Assembly: GCA_013239625.1 (NCBI GenBank)
Contig: MU053513.1
Coordinates: 3,888,303-3,952,302 of the forward strand
Length of the DNA: 64,000 nucleotides
DNA from: Lama guanicoe
Taxonomy: Eukaryota
Direction: 5' to 3'
A program made the translations under genes and the position numbers. Under the pieces are notes generated by a model. That model was given only the letters and a program-made list of their open reading frames with translations. It had not been told where the DNA came from and searched no databases. This document shows, one piece after another, positions 46,874-59,517 of this stretch (position 1 is its first letter; each line of letters opens with the position of its first letter).

Positions 46874-47809
46874 GTCTATCAAACTGATTTTTCTTTATAA
46901 ATTTTGCTGAATGATTTCCTCTTTAACTCAACACGTTTGTAGCAGGGAGTTTTCCATATTAGGCCAGTTAAAAGATGGGCTATTTTTTTTCCCTGAGGAT
47001 TTATTTTCCTGTCCTGGATACACTCAGACACACTCACACAGACTGAAGTCTTCGTTTTGAACCCTGTTACTTATTAATTCAGTGGTGTGACCATGTACAT
47101 GTGCAGGTGATATGAGTGGTTAAACACCAAAATTGTTTACGTCACTTACCAGCATAGGACCCCTTCCTCTAAGACTCAAATTCACTATCAATCACCTAAT
47201 TCACTATTAGTCACCAGAGGATGGTTCCATTTCATATAGGATTATGCCTTCATGGACGTCTTCCAGAGCTTATTCCCAGGACACTTAAGGGGACGTCACA
47301 CTGGCTTTTCTAAGTAACTTCCTAGAAGAGAAGAGCATAATTGCCTCCTTCTAGGAGACTGACATTCATCGAGAAAGGTTTGCTTTTCATGTCCTCCCTG
47401 GTGGATTTTTCGGGATACTGCTCAGAGTCTCTCCAATTCTCTTCTTTCTGCATTTTACACTTCCATCTATGACTTTCTTTGAATTGCATTTTTCCTGATT
47501 GTTCTGATTAGAGGTAAGTCAAACTAAAACACAAGAAGGAAATAAACATTTACAATGAAATGACCCCTTAGAAAGAAGAATAATTTCTTAGCATATTATT
47601 ATAAAATAAAGTATCTCAAAAAAAAAAGATATTTTGGTGTTTGGACTCAATTGGCACTTTTCTCCTTTGCTGGAATTATTTATCATAATGGAAACACACA
47701 CACGCTGGCGCAGGTACTCCCCAAGCTTGAAGAGAAGTTTCTCTGTCTTTTGACAAATAGAGGCTTGCTTTTGCAGTTTGATTACATTTTCCTTTGGCAG
47801 TTTGATATA

Positions 47810-48050
47810 ATAGAAAGTATGAACATTGACGCCAGAAGGTCCTGGGTTTGAATCTATGTTCTGTCACTTGTAATTTTACAATTTTAGGCAAGTTAGTTAA
47901 CATCTTCAAGCCTATGCTTCTTTCTCTGTTAAAAGGAAATTAGTAATGTCTACTTTATCAGAGTGCCTTAATAAACAAAGGAGACAATGCAGATGAAGGC
48001 ATATGGCACATGCCAATCTTAGCTCTGAGTAAATACTAGTTACTTTTCCT
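47810..48050 (+). mobile_element. MIR SINE
   Basis: 'gccagaaggtcctgggtttgaatct...ctgtcacttg...ggcaagttagttaacatcttcaagcct'. Confidence 0.6.
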
Positions 48051-49886
48051 TCCTGTTTTATGTCAGCCAGAGAGTAATGTCTTTTGCTTATTTAGAAAAA
48101 AATTTAAAAATATATAAAATTAAATAAAGAGACATACAAATGTAATGAATTTTTAGAGTCATTTTGTACTTTGTAAGGTAGTTAACTCCAGAAACCAAAT
48201 AGTTATATATAAAATGCTGCCATATTCTTGTGAGATAGAAAAATAATACTAATAAATTCATTCATTTGCACTTTTTTGTCACATATTTATTAAGTGCTAT
48301 TATTTGTTAAGTACTGTGCTAGGTCGTAAAAATAACAATGGTGAGGAACAGAGGCATCGTTTCCGACTCTGGCCCGCTAGGATATTTTCAGTTTTTAAAT
48401 AGGAAGAATTAAGAGGGAACCCACTTAAGGAGCATTGACTTTGATGTCTAATATAAAATCCCTGGCGTCATATCTCAAGTGGGATTTATCGTCATCTCGT
48501 AGCCAGTTTACTTCTCGTTCCAGTCCGTAAGGAATTTTTCCTTAGGCTGTGCCTGGAAACTCCTTGGATGTGAAAGTAGTCCTGGTTTTTCAGCCATTAT
48601 AAGGAACTTCGACTGAGTGTTAGGTCTGTCATAACTCTGAGGCTACTTAATATTAAAAGAAAGGCTCCTTTGTTCTCTCTCTCTCTTAAGAAAGCAATAT
48701 TGACTAAAGCCAGTGAGTACTCCTAGAAGAAAGAAAATTCACCATTTCTGTGCTAAAGAGATCTACCTCATCCTTACCCCTAGGAGGGAAGCTTGTCATG
48801 AGGAGGGTGGGATTATGTTTCCTGTGTTAGTAAACTTCTTACTCCCACTAGATCAACTTGCCCCATCCTCTGGAATGATGAGAATGAGGTACACTCAAAA
48901 TTGCTGCTTAATCACTTTGTTTAGTGCCTGTGGGTGATGGCTTAAGCCAAAGGATGGTTGAGAATGACCGCGAAAGAGATTTTTTCCCTTATGTGTTGTC
49001 TCTTCCTTTCCTTCTCTCTCATTTTTCTTTCATAGCCTTTGTTACTCTCACCCTCTTTCTTTTTTTCTCATTTACTTTCTCTTCACCTCTGATGCCCAGC
49101 AACTTTGTCGGAGTTTTGCTGTTGTGTGAGGCTTAATCATGTCTCCAGGAAGAGGGATAATTATTAAACCACTGGAAATTTAATGATGGGTATTTATTCC
49201 CCAACCTTAGTCATTTTGGTGTCTGGGGTTTGGCATGCCAGTCAGTGGAAACCAAAGTGGATAAATGTCATCAAACTGCACGTGATTTTCCAGTGATTTA
49301 CGTGTTTGTTGTACTCCAGATGGGCAATTACTGATGCCCTGCCCTGCCCTTCATTTGCAAGCCTCTCATGATCAAAATAACAAAGACTTAATACAAGTTC
49401 ACCTCTCCACAGTGGTGGAAAGCAGGTGTCAGTTTCCTTCATAAGAAGTCAGTTCTTTCTGACGCTGTGTTCTGCTGTAACGTTTTCTGCTTGGGATGCT
49501 CAAGTCAAGGTCTCCTGAGCTCCTTTTTTTTTCTTTTTTTTTTTACATTAAATGTCTTTCCCTCTAGCTTTTTACTTCTTTGGTTCACTAGTGTATCCTG
49601 CGTATTTAAAACAGTGTCCGCATATATTGGGCACCCTGTTAATATTTGCTGAATAAATGTTGAATGAATGAATGCAACTAAGTCTTTAGGAGAAGACTTG
49701 CCTAGAATTACTATTCTCATAGAAGGAAAAGGCTCCGGTTAAATTTGCTACTTTTTTTTTCACATAAACTTAACAAGTTACTTAACCTTTCTAGGTATTC
49801 CTTTCTTTTTCTGTATAGTGGGGATTTTTTGAAGGTTAAGATTAAAAAGGATTAATTACGTGGGATAACACATGAAAAACTGTTCA

Positions 49887-49921
<35 letters not shown>

Positions 49922-49925
49922 CACA
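49887..49925. repeat. (AC)n microsatellite, one interruption
   Basis: Read directly. Confidence 0.95.
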
Positions 49926-51939
49926 TATAGTCCACGCTCAAGAAATTGTAAATGCTTTGAAGGTGTTACTCTTCAATTTAATGTGGTGCAGTTGTGAAAA
50001 ATATATGACTATGTTCATAAAAGAAAGAAGTTTTTTTGATGTTGATATTTGTTTTGTTTCAGCTGGAGCTTCATTGGAATGTAAATTTAATAAAGATAGG
50101 AACTTTGCATGTTTTTGTCCCTTGATGTATCTTGACAACTAGAATAGTGCTGGGAATACAACAGGTTTTCAATAAATATTTGTTGAATGAATTATTGAAT
50201 GTTTACAATGGGAAGTAGCTTCACAAGCCTAACCCTCTCAGCTCCAGTGGTAACCAGTTGAATTGATGGCAGAGATTTCAAAATACGGTTCTAAAATGCC
50301 TGAGTTTTTTCATTGTGTGGAATGAAAGACCACAGAAGAAGGTCCTGAGACTAAAAGTGAAAGGTAGGAGGAGCTGGACATTACCGAGACATCATCTGGT
50401 CATCTATCCAGCCAGAGCCATTTTGGGCAATTCAGAATCAAATGGACTTTTAATTTTACTATTCCATTGACTTTCTAAAATACCTGGAAATGCAATACCT
50501 AATTTCACTTCATATTCTTCAGCTTTTGTCCAAAACAAAGCATTTAATTTAATTTTTAGCTTCTTTTAGGTAACTGTCTTGGTGGTAGACATGTAGGTTT
50601 TTGGAGAGAAGATACTGCAGCCTCACAGGTAAATACACCTTTCTGGTCTCTGCTGCAGTCCTGGGCTCTGAAAATACCACAATCCAAAGGGCATGCTGAA
50701 ATGTAGCTCTTCTATGAAGTTAAAACAAAACAAAACACAGACAGATCCTTGCTCTATTTCCCACCCTGCTAACTCAAGTTATTTTGCTAAGTGACTACTT
50801 TGACTGAACCGCTATTGTTATTTTCAAATGATTAAGGGGGTCTTCAGTGTTCTACTTGTAACCGAACACTTAATGGCTGCCATCGATGGCTACTTTTAAA
50901 AAATTGCATTTTGTTAAAACAACATTTTATAGGATCATCAACTAAATTTCTCAAAAGAATCTGTATCAGGCAATTGACAGCTATATGATTTGACATATTC
51001 ATATTTTTTTTAAGGCTTAGATTTTGGTTTTGTTGTTGTGTATTCTAACAAATACAGTTCTTTTCCTGTAAATTACATTTTAGCAATCAGATGTATTTCT
51101 GTTGCTATCCTTAGTAAGTATTTTAAATGTATGATACTGTTTTATTTTTATTTTCTTTATATGTTATTTTAGAGAATAAAACATTTTAAATGAATTTTGC
51201 AGCTGCTTGAATAAAGCCTGAAACTGTTCCAAAAATAAAAATTCTAAATAGTTAAGATTTTAAAATATGTTCACAACTACAACTCAATCCAGTGAGAGTT
51301 CCAGATAACTTTGAGATTACCATGCCCATATCATATGGTTAAATTTAAATAATAGAGATTTATAAATCATATCATATATTATATTATATTTATATATTAT
51401 ATTTATATTTTAACTGAATATTTTAACTGAAATTTATGAAAATCCAACTTATTTTGTAATTGTAGGAAGAACAAACAATTTCATCAATACCCAACTGTTA
51501 ATTCAGTTTGAACTAACTCCTAAAAAAATTGAGCCACCAAATATTTTCCTACACTTATACTTTGGAATTTGTTGGTTTTTTTTTTGCAAAATATATTTGC
51601 TTTTGATAAGTATAAGAAAGCAGGGAGTGTTTAGAAATTTTCAAAATACAAAGCTGGAATGGACACAGGAGTATAGAAATGACAGAATTGCACTATAGAC
51701 ATACGAGGGTGTGTACAGTTTTGAGGAATACTAATCCTGGGGAGTCAGATGCAGTGTGATTGTAGCCTGTGCCTCCACCAAGTCCTTAGTCACTATTAGG
51801 AAGGGCCATTGTCCTAAAGTCAGCTTCCTTATCTTCTGCATCGACAGAAAAAGCAGATCCAGTCTGGTGACAAGAAAAACAGATTTGTACTTATAAAGTT
51901 TGAAAGTTGTTTTTCAAGGAGAACATATTAGCTTTTCTG

Positions 51940-51966
51940 CCCCCCACCCCCTTGCTCTATAAATAG
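51940..51966 (+). promoter_or_regulatory. Candidate CACC box plus MEF2/TATA composite site
   Basis: CCCCCCACCCCC (51940-51951), then CTATAAATAG (51957-51966), a perfect CTA(A/T)4TAG that contains TATAAA; in repeat-poor sequence. Confidence 0.35.
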
Positions 51967-54410
51967 CTCCTGGCAGGCAGAAACAACCCTGATTGCTCGA
52001 GATGAAGGAGAACAAGCAGCAGGCTGTAGTGCAGAATCAATGGCATGGCGCCAAGAGCTTCATCAAATGAATAATAGCTTCCACTTGACAATCAGTAAAG
52101 TGCCTCTTCTCCTACGGATTTAGTTTTTAATGATGATTAGAGAGGATGGGCCCCTAAAATTTCTCTGGTAGAAATGACCTCCTATTAATTTCTATTCCTT
52201 GAAATGCTGAATTTCAAAGCTACTTTACAGCTGCAAAACCAAAGGCACTGACATAAAGGAACTATTATCTTTGTAATTGTAGCAACAAGTACTAAATTTG
52301 TCATTGATTAACAGAGACTTTTTAACTTCATGATCCTTTGTTGGTTGAGTCCCCTATTTGGAGCTCACTGATTTACTCGCTTTGAAAGTCAAATGTTACA
52401 TTTTAGACCCAACAGCTATCAGAATAATGTCCTTTGTTTTAATATAATAAATACTTCCTTATAACATCTTACATTGATTATTATGCAGTGAAGGATGACA
52501 GTCAAGTTAGAGTTTATTAATTCTATGTAGTGTTTTGTTTTCTGTGTAGGTAACAAAATATTCTGAACAGATATGCCTAAAATATATGTAGGAACACAGC
52601 ATTTACTAAGCAAAGAATGTCATCAGAATTTTAAAATTTCATCACACATTTTCATTTGTGTGTACGTATGTGAAGTATACTTTCCAAGAAGAATTAAATG
52701 TAGAAGAAAGCCTCTTAAAGAGTGAAGATGTTTATATTGATATCAACTGATGAGACTATGGGCCTCTTTTGTCAAATTAGGCCATTAGTTATGAAGTAAT
52801 GTCATAGGTATTAAAAATAACCTGTGGTATATCTCAATCATGTAATATGTGGCATTCTATTATTTTATGAAAGTGTTGACTGTAAAGCTAATTCAACTGA
52901 AGACCATAGCACTTTGGTACCTTCTGTATAATATTCTTAGTAGTTTAAAAAAAAATAGGCATCATGAAATACTTACTTAAAAGGTTTTTCAATTTAAGAT
53001 GACATTGAAAAACCACAAAGTCCATATTGTTGAATCTAGTGTATTGTCACACGTTAGAGTTCATAACACTTTATAGAAATATTTCTGTTAGTTGAAAAGT
53101 TTAAAGGGAAATATCTATTAAGAATTAGAAAAGGTTGTCAACCGTCTGATTCAGGAGGCTGCCTGCTGATGATCCTTAATGCTCTTCTTCAATTTCCCAG
53201 AGAAATGAGCTTATTCCTTCATTTGTTCAGTTAAAGGACTTCCTTAAGAAGTGAAACATCCTTTCTTTTATGAAATAGCGTTACTAGTATCGTTTACTTT
53301 TAAATGTCTTTACTTGATAAAATAAAAAGTTAGCAATCATTTGTAGGCTTTACCTTCACTTTAAAAAATCTCCTGTGAAATCCAAAAGTTATGCGTATAC
53401 TAACCTAATAGAATATGGAAATGTGTTGGCAGAGCTTTGCTTTTTATTAGGTAAGTTGGTACTAAAAGTCTGTTATAGACACAGGTCAACCAGTTGCCTG
53501 AGGAAGAAACAGGAAAGAAAATGAGCAAGCTATGACACACAAAAGAACAAGAAAACCATCAGATACTCCTACAATTAGGTCATATATTTTAGAAAAAAAT
53601 CAACCAGGAATTAAAACAGGATAGAACTTTCAGGGACAGTCAGATGTCAGAGCTCTAGAGGGAAGCCTGAACATACCACTGTCTTTGCATCACCACTGAG
53701 ATCCATGTTCCTTTTTTAGCGGAACGTGTAGAACACATCATTGTTTGAATGCAGAGGACTTAAAATGAAAACAGAAATATCCTAATATTTCCAACATTAG
53801 GGAACAATATCCTTGCTACTATATCACTTATTTCCCAGCATAAGAATCAAATAATTTTGTACTTTATTAAGATGTGGCTATCTTCGTAGGCCTACAAAAC
53901 TAAAACTTTTGTTTTCTTTGAGGAGACAACATTTCCTTCTAATTCCTAGTGTTAGTCATCCAGGGAAGAGCGAGGTCGCTCTGAGAGGAAATAGAACTGC
54001 CTAAAAGAATTAAAAAAAAAAAAAAGAATGGGCTGTAATGTGGAATGGTTGAGTCATAGACTTCCTGAGAATACGTCTGCTATCCTAGGACCACAGTCTT
54101 TATCAGATGGACTGTTTCTATTCCTTATGCATTCTGTGTTTATTTTTCTTTGTGTTTTCTTTACTATTTAACAACGCCTATCTGAAATTTCTGGCTTGGT
54201 TCAGTTGCACAAAGTGGCATACAGAGAATTACTTGAATCTACAGAGCAGGTAAGGGAGGATTGCACTGCAGTGGCCAGTGTGCTGTAGCACTAGAACCCA
54301 GAGTGAGAGACCCTCAAGAAGGTCAGACTCAGGAACAGTCATATTACTTGGTAAGACTCTTTTTCCACCAGGAAGATTTTCTTTCAGTACTGAGCCTGGG
54401 AGGATTGAGG

Positions 54411-54898
54411 CAGAGATGGCTACGTGATTTGCAGGGCCCAGGGCAAAATGAAGCTGTGGGGCCCCAGCCAGGGATAAGGAAATCAATCTCTTAACATGGA
54501 CCTGCTGTGGCCCAATTTATTGCAGGTGGGGTCCTGTGCCAGGTCTCCCTTGAAACCTGGGTGGGATTCGGGGAGAGACCCCGTGGAGTCACCCACTGAA
54601 TGTCCTTCTGCCCTGTTACAGTGGGATGCGTACCTGACCCAGATGGTCAGGGAGCAGGGAGGGCGGTTGGAGGAGGGAGATGTGCCCTCCTCCAGCCAAC
54701 TCAAACTGTACCCCAGAGAGAAGGCAGCAGTTATGGTGGACCAGAGATGGGAGAATTTCAGGGTGGCCACCCTAGGGCGTTAAACCTCAAACACAGGGCG
54801 TTAAACCCCAAGCACAAAAGTATTAAACCCCAAGCAGGGCCCTTCTGAACATGTGACACTGTGGACTGCGTGGTTGTGCATCCATGAAGCCAACCTTG
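54411..54898 (-). mobile_element. MER45-family hAT-Tip100 DNA transposon
   Basis: Ends 'cagagatggctacgtgatttgcagggcccagggcaaaatgaa' and 'gggcccttctgaac...catccatgaagccaaccttg' match the reversed MER45 termini; explains the local GC rise. Confidence 0.75.
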
Positions 54899-55915
54899 AA
54901 TGTAAGAGATATTTTATTAAAGAAGGTACATGGCCTTTATAGCTATATACTGTGGCCTTGACCTTCTTTCCCTAAATGTTTTTTTTGTTGCTATAGTTGT
55001 TTTTTTTAAATCCATTTCTTTTTTTGGATTGCTATTGTGAGTCAAGAAAGGTTTACTAGGAACACAGATTTATACTACTGAGCCTAAGTGATGAAGGAAG
55101 ATAATACTAGTATTAGAATAACTCACATTTTCAGAAAATACGAATAATATTTAAAGTTCCTTCTTCCCTACCCTCCATATTCCTACTACCCCTGCCCTTT
55201 GGTCAGCTTCCTAGATAACAGACCTGTGAAAATTAATTTTCATCGGATTCATAGGGTTGCTTATTAGGAAAATACCTCAAGGAGTATGCAAAGGAAGCAA
55301 TGATATATATAATAAAGAAAGGCAGACTTAATTTTGTAGCAATTTATTTGTATAAATTTTATATTGTTTTATTATTACTTTTCCTGAACTTCGAATGCAG
55401 AAGACTGAGTTACTTATATTTAGTGCATGATACACTGTCATCATTAATCTATGCAGTGAACCTTCCTTGTTTGTTTATTTTCCCTTTTATCCTTATTCCT
55501 CTATCATTTTAATGTGGGTGTTTTTGGGGGGGAGTGTTTTTATAAAACATGTTTATTTTACTATATATTTATCATAAATGTATATTATATTATTTTTGTG
55601 TACATGCATTTTATGTATGTAATGATCTAATGCTATAAATCACATTCTGTTTCTTATTTGTCCTTAATTTTGATATTCTCAACAATGCTTTTGCCTTATT
55701 TGTGCCTTGAAGTTTTGTTTAAGGACTCTTTCACTGCCACAAGATGACTATCTTTTAAAAACCTTTTAGTTATACCTTTTTAATTTAATTTTAATCCATC
55801 TGGAATTCACCTGAAATTTTGAATGAGAGAGGGATACAATTATGTTTTTTCCTTATATAGGAAGCAGTTTGTCCAATAACATCTATTCAGCAATCTGTCC
55901 TTTCTTTATTGTTTG

Positions 55916-56323
55916 TTTATTAGTTCAGATCCTCCTATAATCAGAAGCCAGAGTGGATCTATATGTGCAAGAGATTAACTGGGGGAAACACTTGTGAAAG
56001 ATAAAGTGGAGGGGGCTATAGAGGACCATTCCTATGAAAATCTGATACCTATGAAGGACAAGTGGAAAGAAAGTGGATTGGGTAGGGAGAATCTCAAATC
56101 ATAGCACAATTTTAAGAATGTTTTGGCCAGACCAGTGGGGAGTCCTCGAGCCTGTTACCTGTCAGAGGTGTCCTATGTCTTGGGCAGATGGGCCGGAATT
56201 AGTCACTGGCTAGAAACAGCTTCCAGGTATGCCTTAGTGTGAGTGTGGTTGTGGATGCAGAGGTGTCATCATCAACTGTGTTTCTCCAAGGAATTCTGAG
56301 TTACACATCTTCATGACACCACA
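55916..56323 (-). mobile_element. ERVL solo LTR (LTR16-like)
   Basis: 'atgtgcaagagattaactgggggaaacacttgtgaaagataaa...ggggagtcctcgagcc...catgacaccaca'; perfect 5-bp TSD GTTTG (55911-55915 / 56324-56328). Confidence 0.7.
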
Positions 56324-56437
56324 GTTTGTAGGACCAACTTTATCATATATAATATTCTCATATTTTCATGCATCTGTTTTGAGTTCTCTATTGTAGTCTG
56401 TTAATCTATTTGTCTCATACTGTACCATTCTTTTTTT

Positions 56438-57437
56438 CTGTCTATTGACCGTTTATTGGTCTTTCTTTGAATTGCCTAGGAATAGATTTTTTAATTTAAG
56501 TAGAGTTGATTTACAGTGTTTCAGGTGTGCAGCAAATTGATTCAGTTTCTTTTCCATTATAGGTTATTACAAGATTCCTTTCCATTATAGGTTATTACAA
56601 GATGTTAAATATAGTTCCCTGTGCTATTCAGTGGGTACTTGTTATTTATCTATTTTATATATAGTATCGTGTATCTGTTAATCCCAAATTCCTAATTTAT
56701 CCTTCCCTCTACTTTTCCCCCATAAATTTGTTTTCTGTGTCCATGAGTCTGTTTCTGGTTTGTAAATAAGTTCATTTGTATCTTTTTTTTTAAGATATCT
56801 CATATAAATAATATCATATGGTATTCATCTTTCTCTGACTTACTTCACTTAATATGATGATCTCTAGGTCCATCCATGTTGCTGCAAATGGCATTATTTC
56901 ATTCTTTTTTATGGCTGAATAATATTCTATTGTAAATATATGCCATGTTTTCTTTATTCATTCATCTGTCAATGGACATTTAGGTTTCTTCCATGTCTTG
57001 GCTATTGAAAGTAATGCTGCTATTATTGGGGTGCATGTATCTTTTCAAATTAGAGTTCCTACCAGATGTGTCCAGGAATGGGATTGCTGGATCCTACGGT
57101 AACTCTATTTTTAGCTTTCTAAGGAACCTACATACTGTCCTCCATAGTGGCTGCACCAATTTACATTCCCACCAACAGTGTAGGAGGGTTCCTTTTTCTC
57201 CACAGCCTCTCCAGCAATTATTATTTGTAGACTTTTTGATGATGGCCATTCTAACTGTTGTGAGGTCACTGTAGTTATACAAACAGCTTATACAACTCAA
57301 TATCAAAAAAACCCCAAACAACCCAGTTAAAATAATGGGCAGAAGACCTAAATAGACATTTCTCTAGAGAAGACATACTGATGGCCAACAGGCTCATGAA
57401 AAGATGCTCAGCATCACTCATTATTAGAGAAATGCAA
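56438..57437 (-). mobile_element. Young L1 with 5' inversion (57278-57437 on +) and probable 3' transduction (56438-56486)
   Basis: L1 body reversed at 56487-57277; the next-upstream L1 segment in opposite orientation at 57278-57437; TSD actgtaccattctttttt (56419-56436) / actgtcccattttttttt (57438-57455), 16/18. Confidence 0.8.
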
Positions 57438-59517
57438 ACTGTCCCATTTTTTTTTAATTTACTCTTCTTTTCCAAAGTTGCTGTAAATCATAGATTTTTA
57501 TTCCTTGAAACCAATTTTAGAATAAATTTTACTGATAAAAAAAACTCCATAGAATTTTGACTGAAATTGCATTGAATTTATAAATTAATATGAAGAAAAA
57601 CTGGATCTTTAAACTATTACCATCTCCTTAAGCATAAAGAATATCTGTTCTTTTATGATTTTCAGCAGAGTTTAAATTTTATCTCTATAAAACTTTCAAT
57701 ACTGTTTAATTCATTTTATAGTTCTTATTACTTTTATGAATGGTATATTCTTTATTATATTTTCTAGGGGCTTTTGCTGATATAGAGAAATGCTATTGAT
57801 TTTTATAAGGTTGAATTTGAATCTGGCAACCTTGCTGAAATCTCTTACTAGTTAATATTGTTTATATATTGACTTTTGTTTTTATTATGTAGAAGATCTT
57901 CAAATAATGAAAGTTTTATCTCTTCTCTTTTAATACTTTACCATGCTAGGTTAAACAATAGCAGAGACAATGAATATCTTGGTCTTCTTATTCCTAAACT
58001 TAAAGGGAATGTGTTGAAAGTTGAAAGATTTGTGAACATAATCTTTCCCTGGTTAGAGAAGTTTCTGCTAATTTCTAGTTTGATAAAAGGTTTTATTATA
58101 AGATGTTGAACTTTATCATTTTTTTCTGTATTTAAATTATTTTGTTCTTTAGTCTATTAATTTAGTGTATATCATTGATAAAATTTTCCCATGTTAAATA
58201 TCATTGCATTTCTGGAATAAACTCTACCTGATAATTCTGTAGCTAAAAAATATATAATGTTGGATTCATGTAGCTAATATTTTATTTTTAATTTTTACAA
58301 CTATACTTATAAATGAAATGACTTATAATTTTCTTTTCTTGTACTATCTTTACACAGTTTTGAATTAGATTACACTAGTCTTATAATATGTACTGGTCAG
58401 TCTTCTTTCCCTTTCTAGTTACAGAATTAACTAATCTTTGAAAGTTTAGTAGAACTCAACTTTAAAACAATATGGACCTGAGACACTTTTGGAAAGTCTT
58501 TGCTCACCACTTAAGTTTTTTTAATGCCAATTTGTTTATTCACATTTTCTATTTTGTCTTATATATACTTTTGCATTATGAATTTTCCAGAAATTTATCC
58601 ATTTCATTGAGGTTTTCAAATTTACTTGAACATAATTTTTCATAATACCATTTCATTATTATTAAAAATCAGTGTTGAGTTTATAGTTATTTCTCCTTTT
58701 TACACTGCGTATTATTTATTTGCAGTTAGTCTTGCTCCAGGTTTATTTGACTTATTGATCTTTCAAAATAATGAGCATTTGGGTTATGGTCTTCTCTGTT
58801 GCAAACAAGAACCTTTTCTGTTTAGTTGAATTCTGCTCTTAATTTCTATTATTTCCTTACTTTTGGAGGCTATTTTCTTATCTTTTTTCACCTTCTTGCT
58901 TAGCTATATTTTTATTCAATCTTTCCTATGGTCTAATAAATTTATTCAGAATTCTAAGTTTCTCTGTAAATATTACTTCAAATGTACCCCACAAATTTTA
59001 GCGTATAGTATGAACTTCATTGTTCAAGTCTAAATACTTTGTCATTTCTCTTATAATATCCAAAAGCTACTTAATACATATTTTGTAGATGTAAGGCATG
59101 TGGAAATTTTTATTAACTTCTTGCAATTCAGTTAAGAAACTAGAACTTAACCTTATTTTCTGGCTGTAGTAGTTTCAAAAGTGCATGTTAAAGTGTCCGG
59201 CTAGAATTCTTGATTTTCTACTTTTCCTTCACAGTGCTATCTGTCTATATTGTTAGGTGCATTTCTGTTCATGACAACGAAATCTTCTTGCTTTATTGTT
59301 CCCTTTGTCAGGGTATAATTCCCCTCATTGTCCTTTATGGTATTTTGTCCCCATGAATTTTTATTTTGTCAGATGTTAAGTGTGCAATTCCAGCTATTTT
59401 TGGAATTTTGCATAATTGCCAGATTACCTTTTCCTATCCTTTATTTATCCTCTTATTTGAATGACCCTTCTTATAGACAGCATATTATTGAATCTTTTTT
59501 AATTTAAAAACTAGTAT

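Noticed and set aside
54411..54898. GC-rich exon or CpG island with overlapping ORFs (54483-54848)
   Set aside because: Bounded by MER45-type termini; few CpGs; ORFs on both strands are expected in GC-rich sequence.
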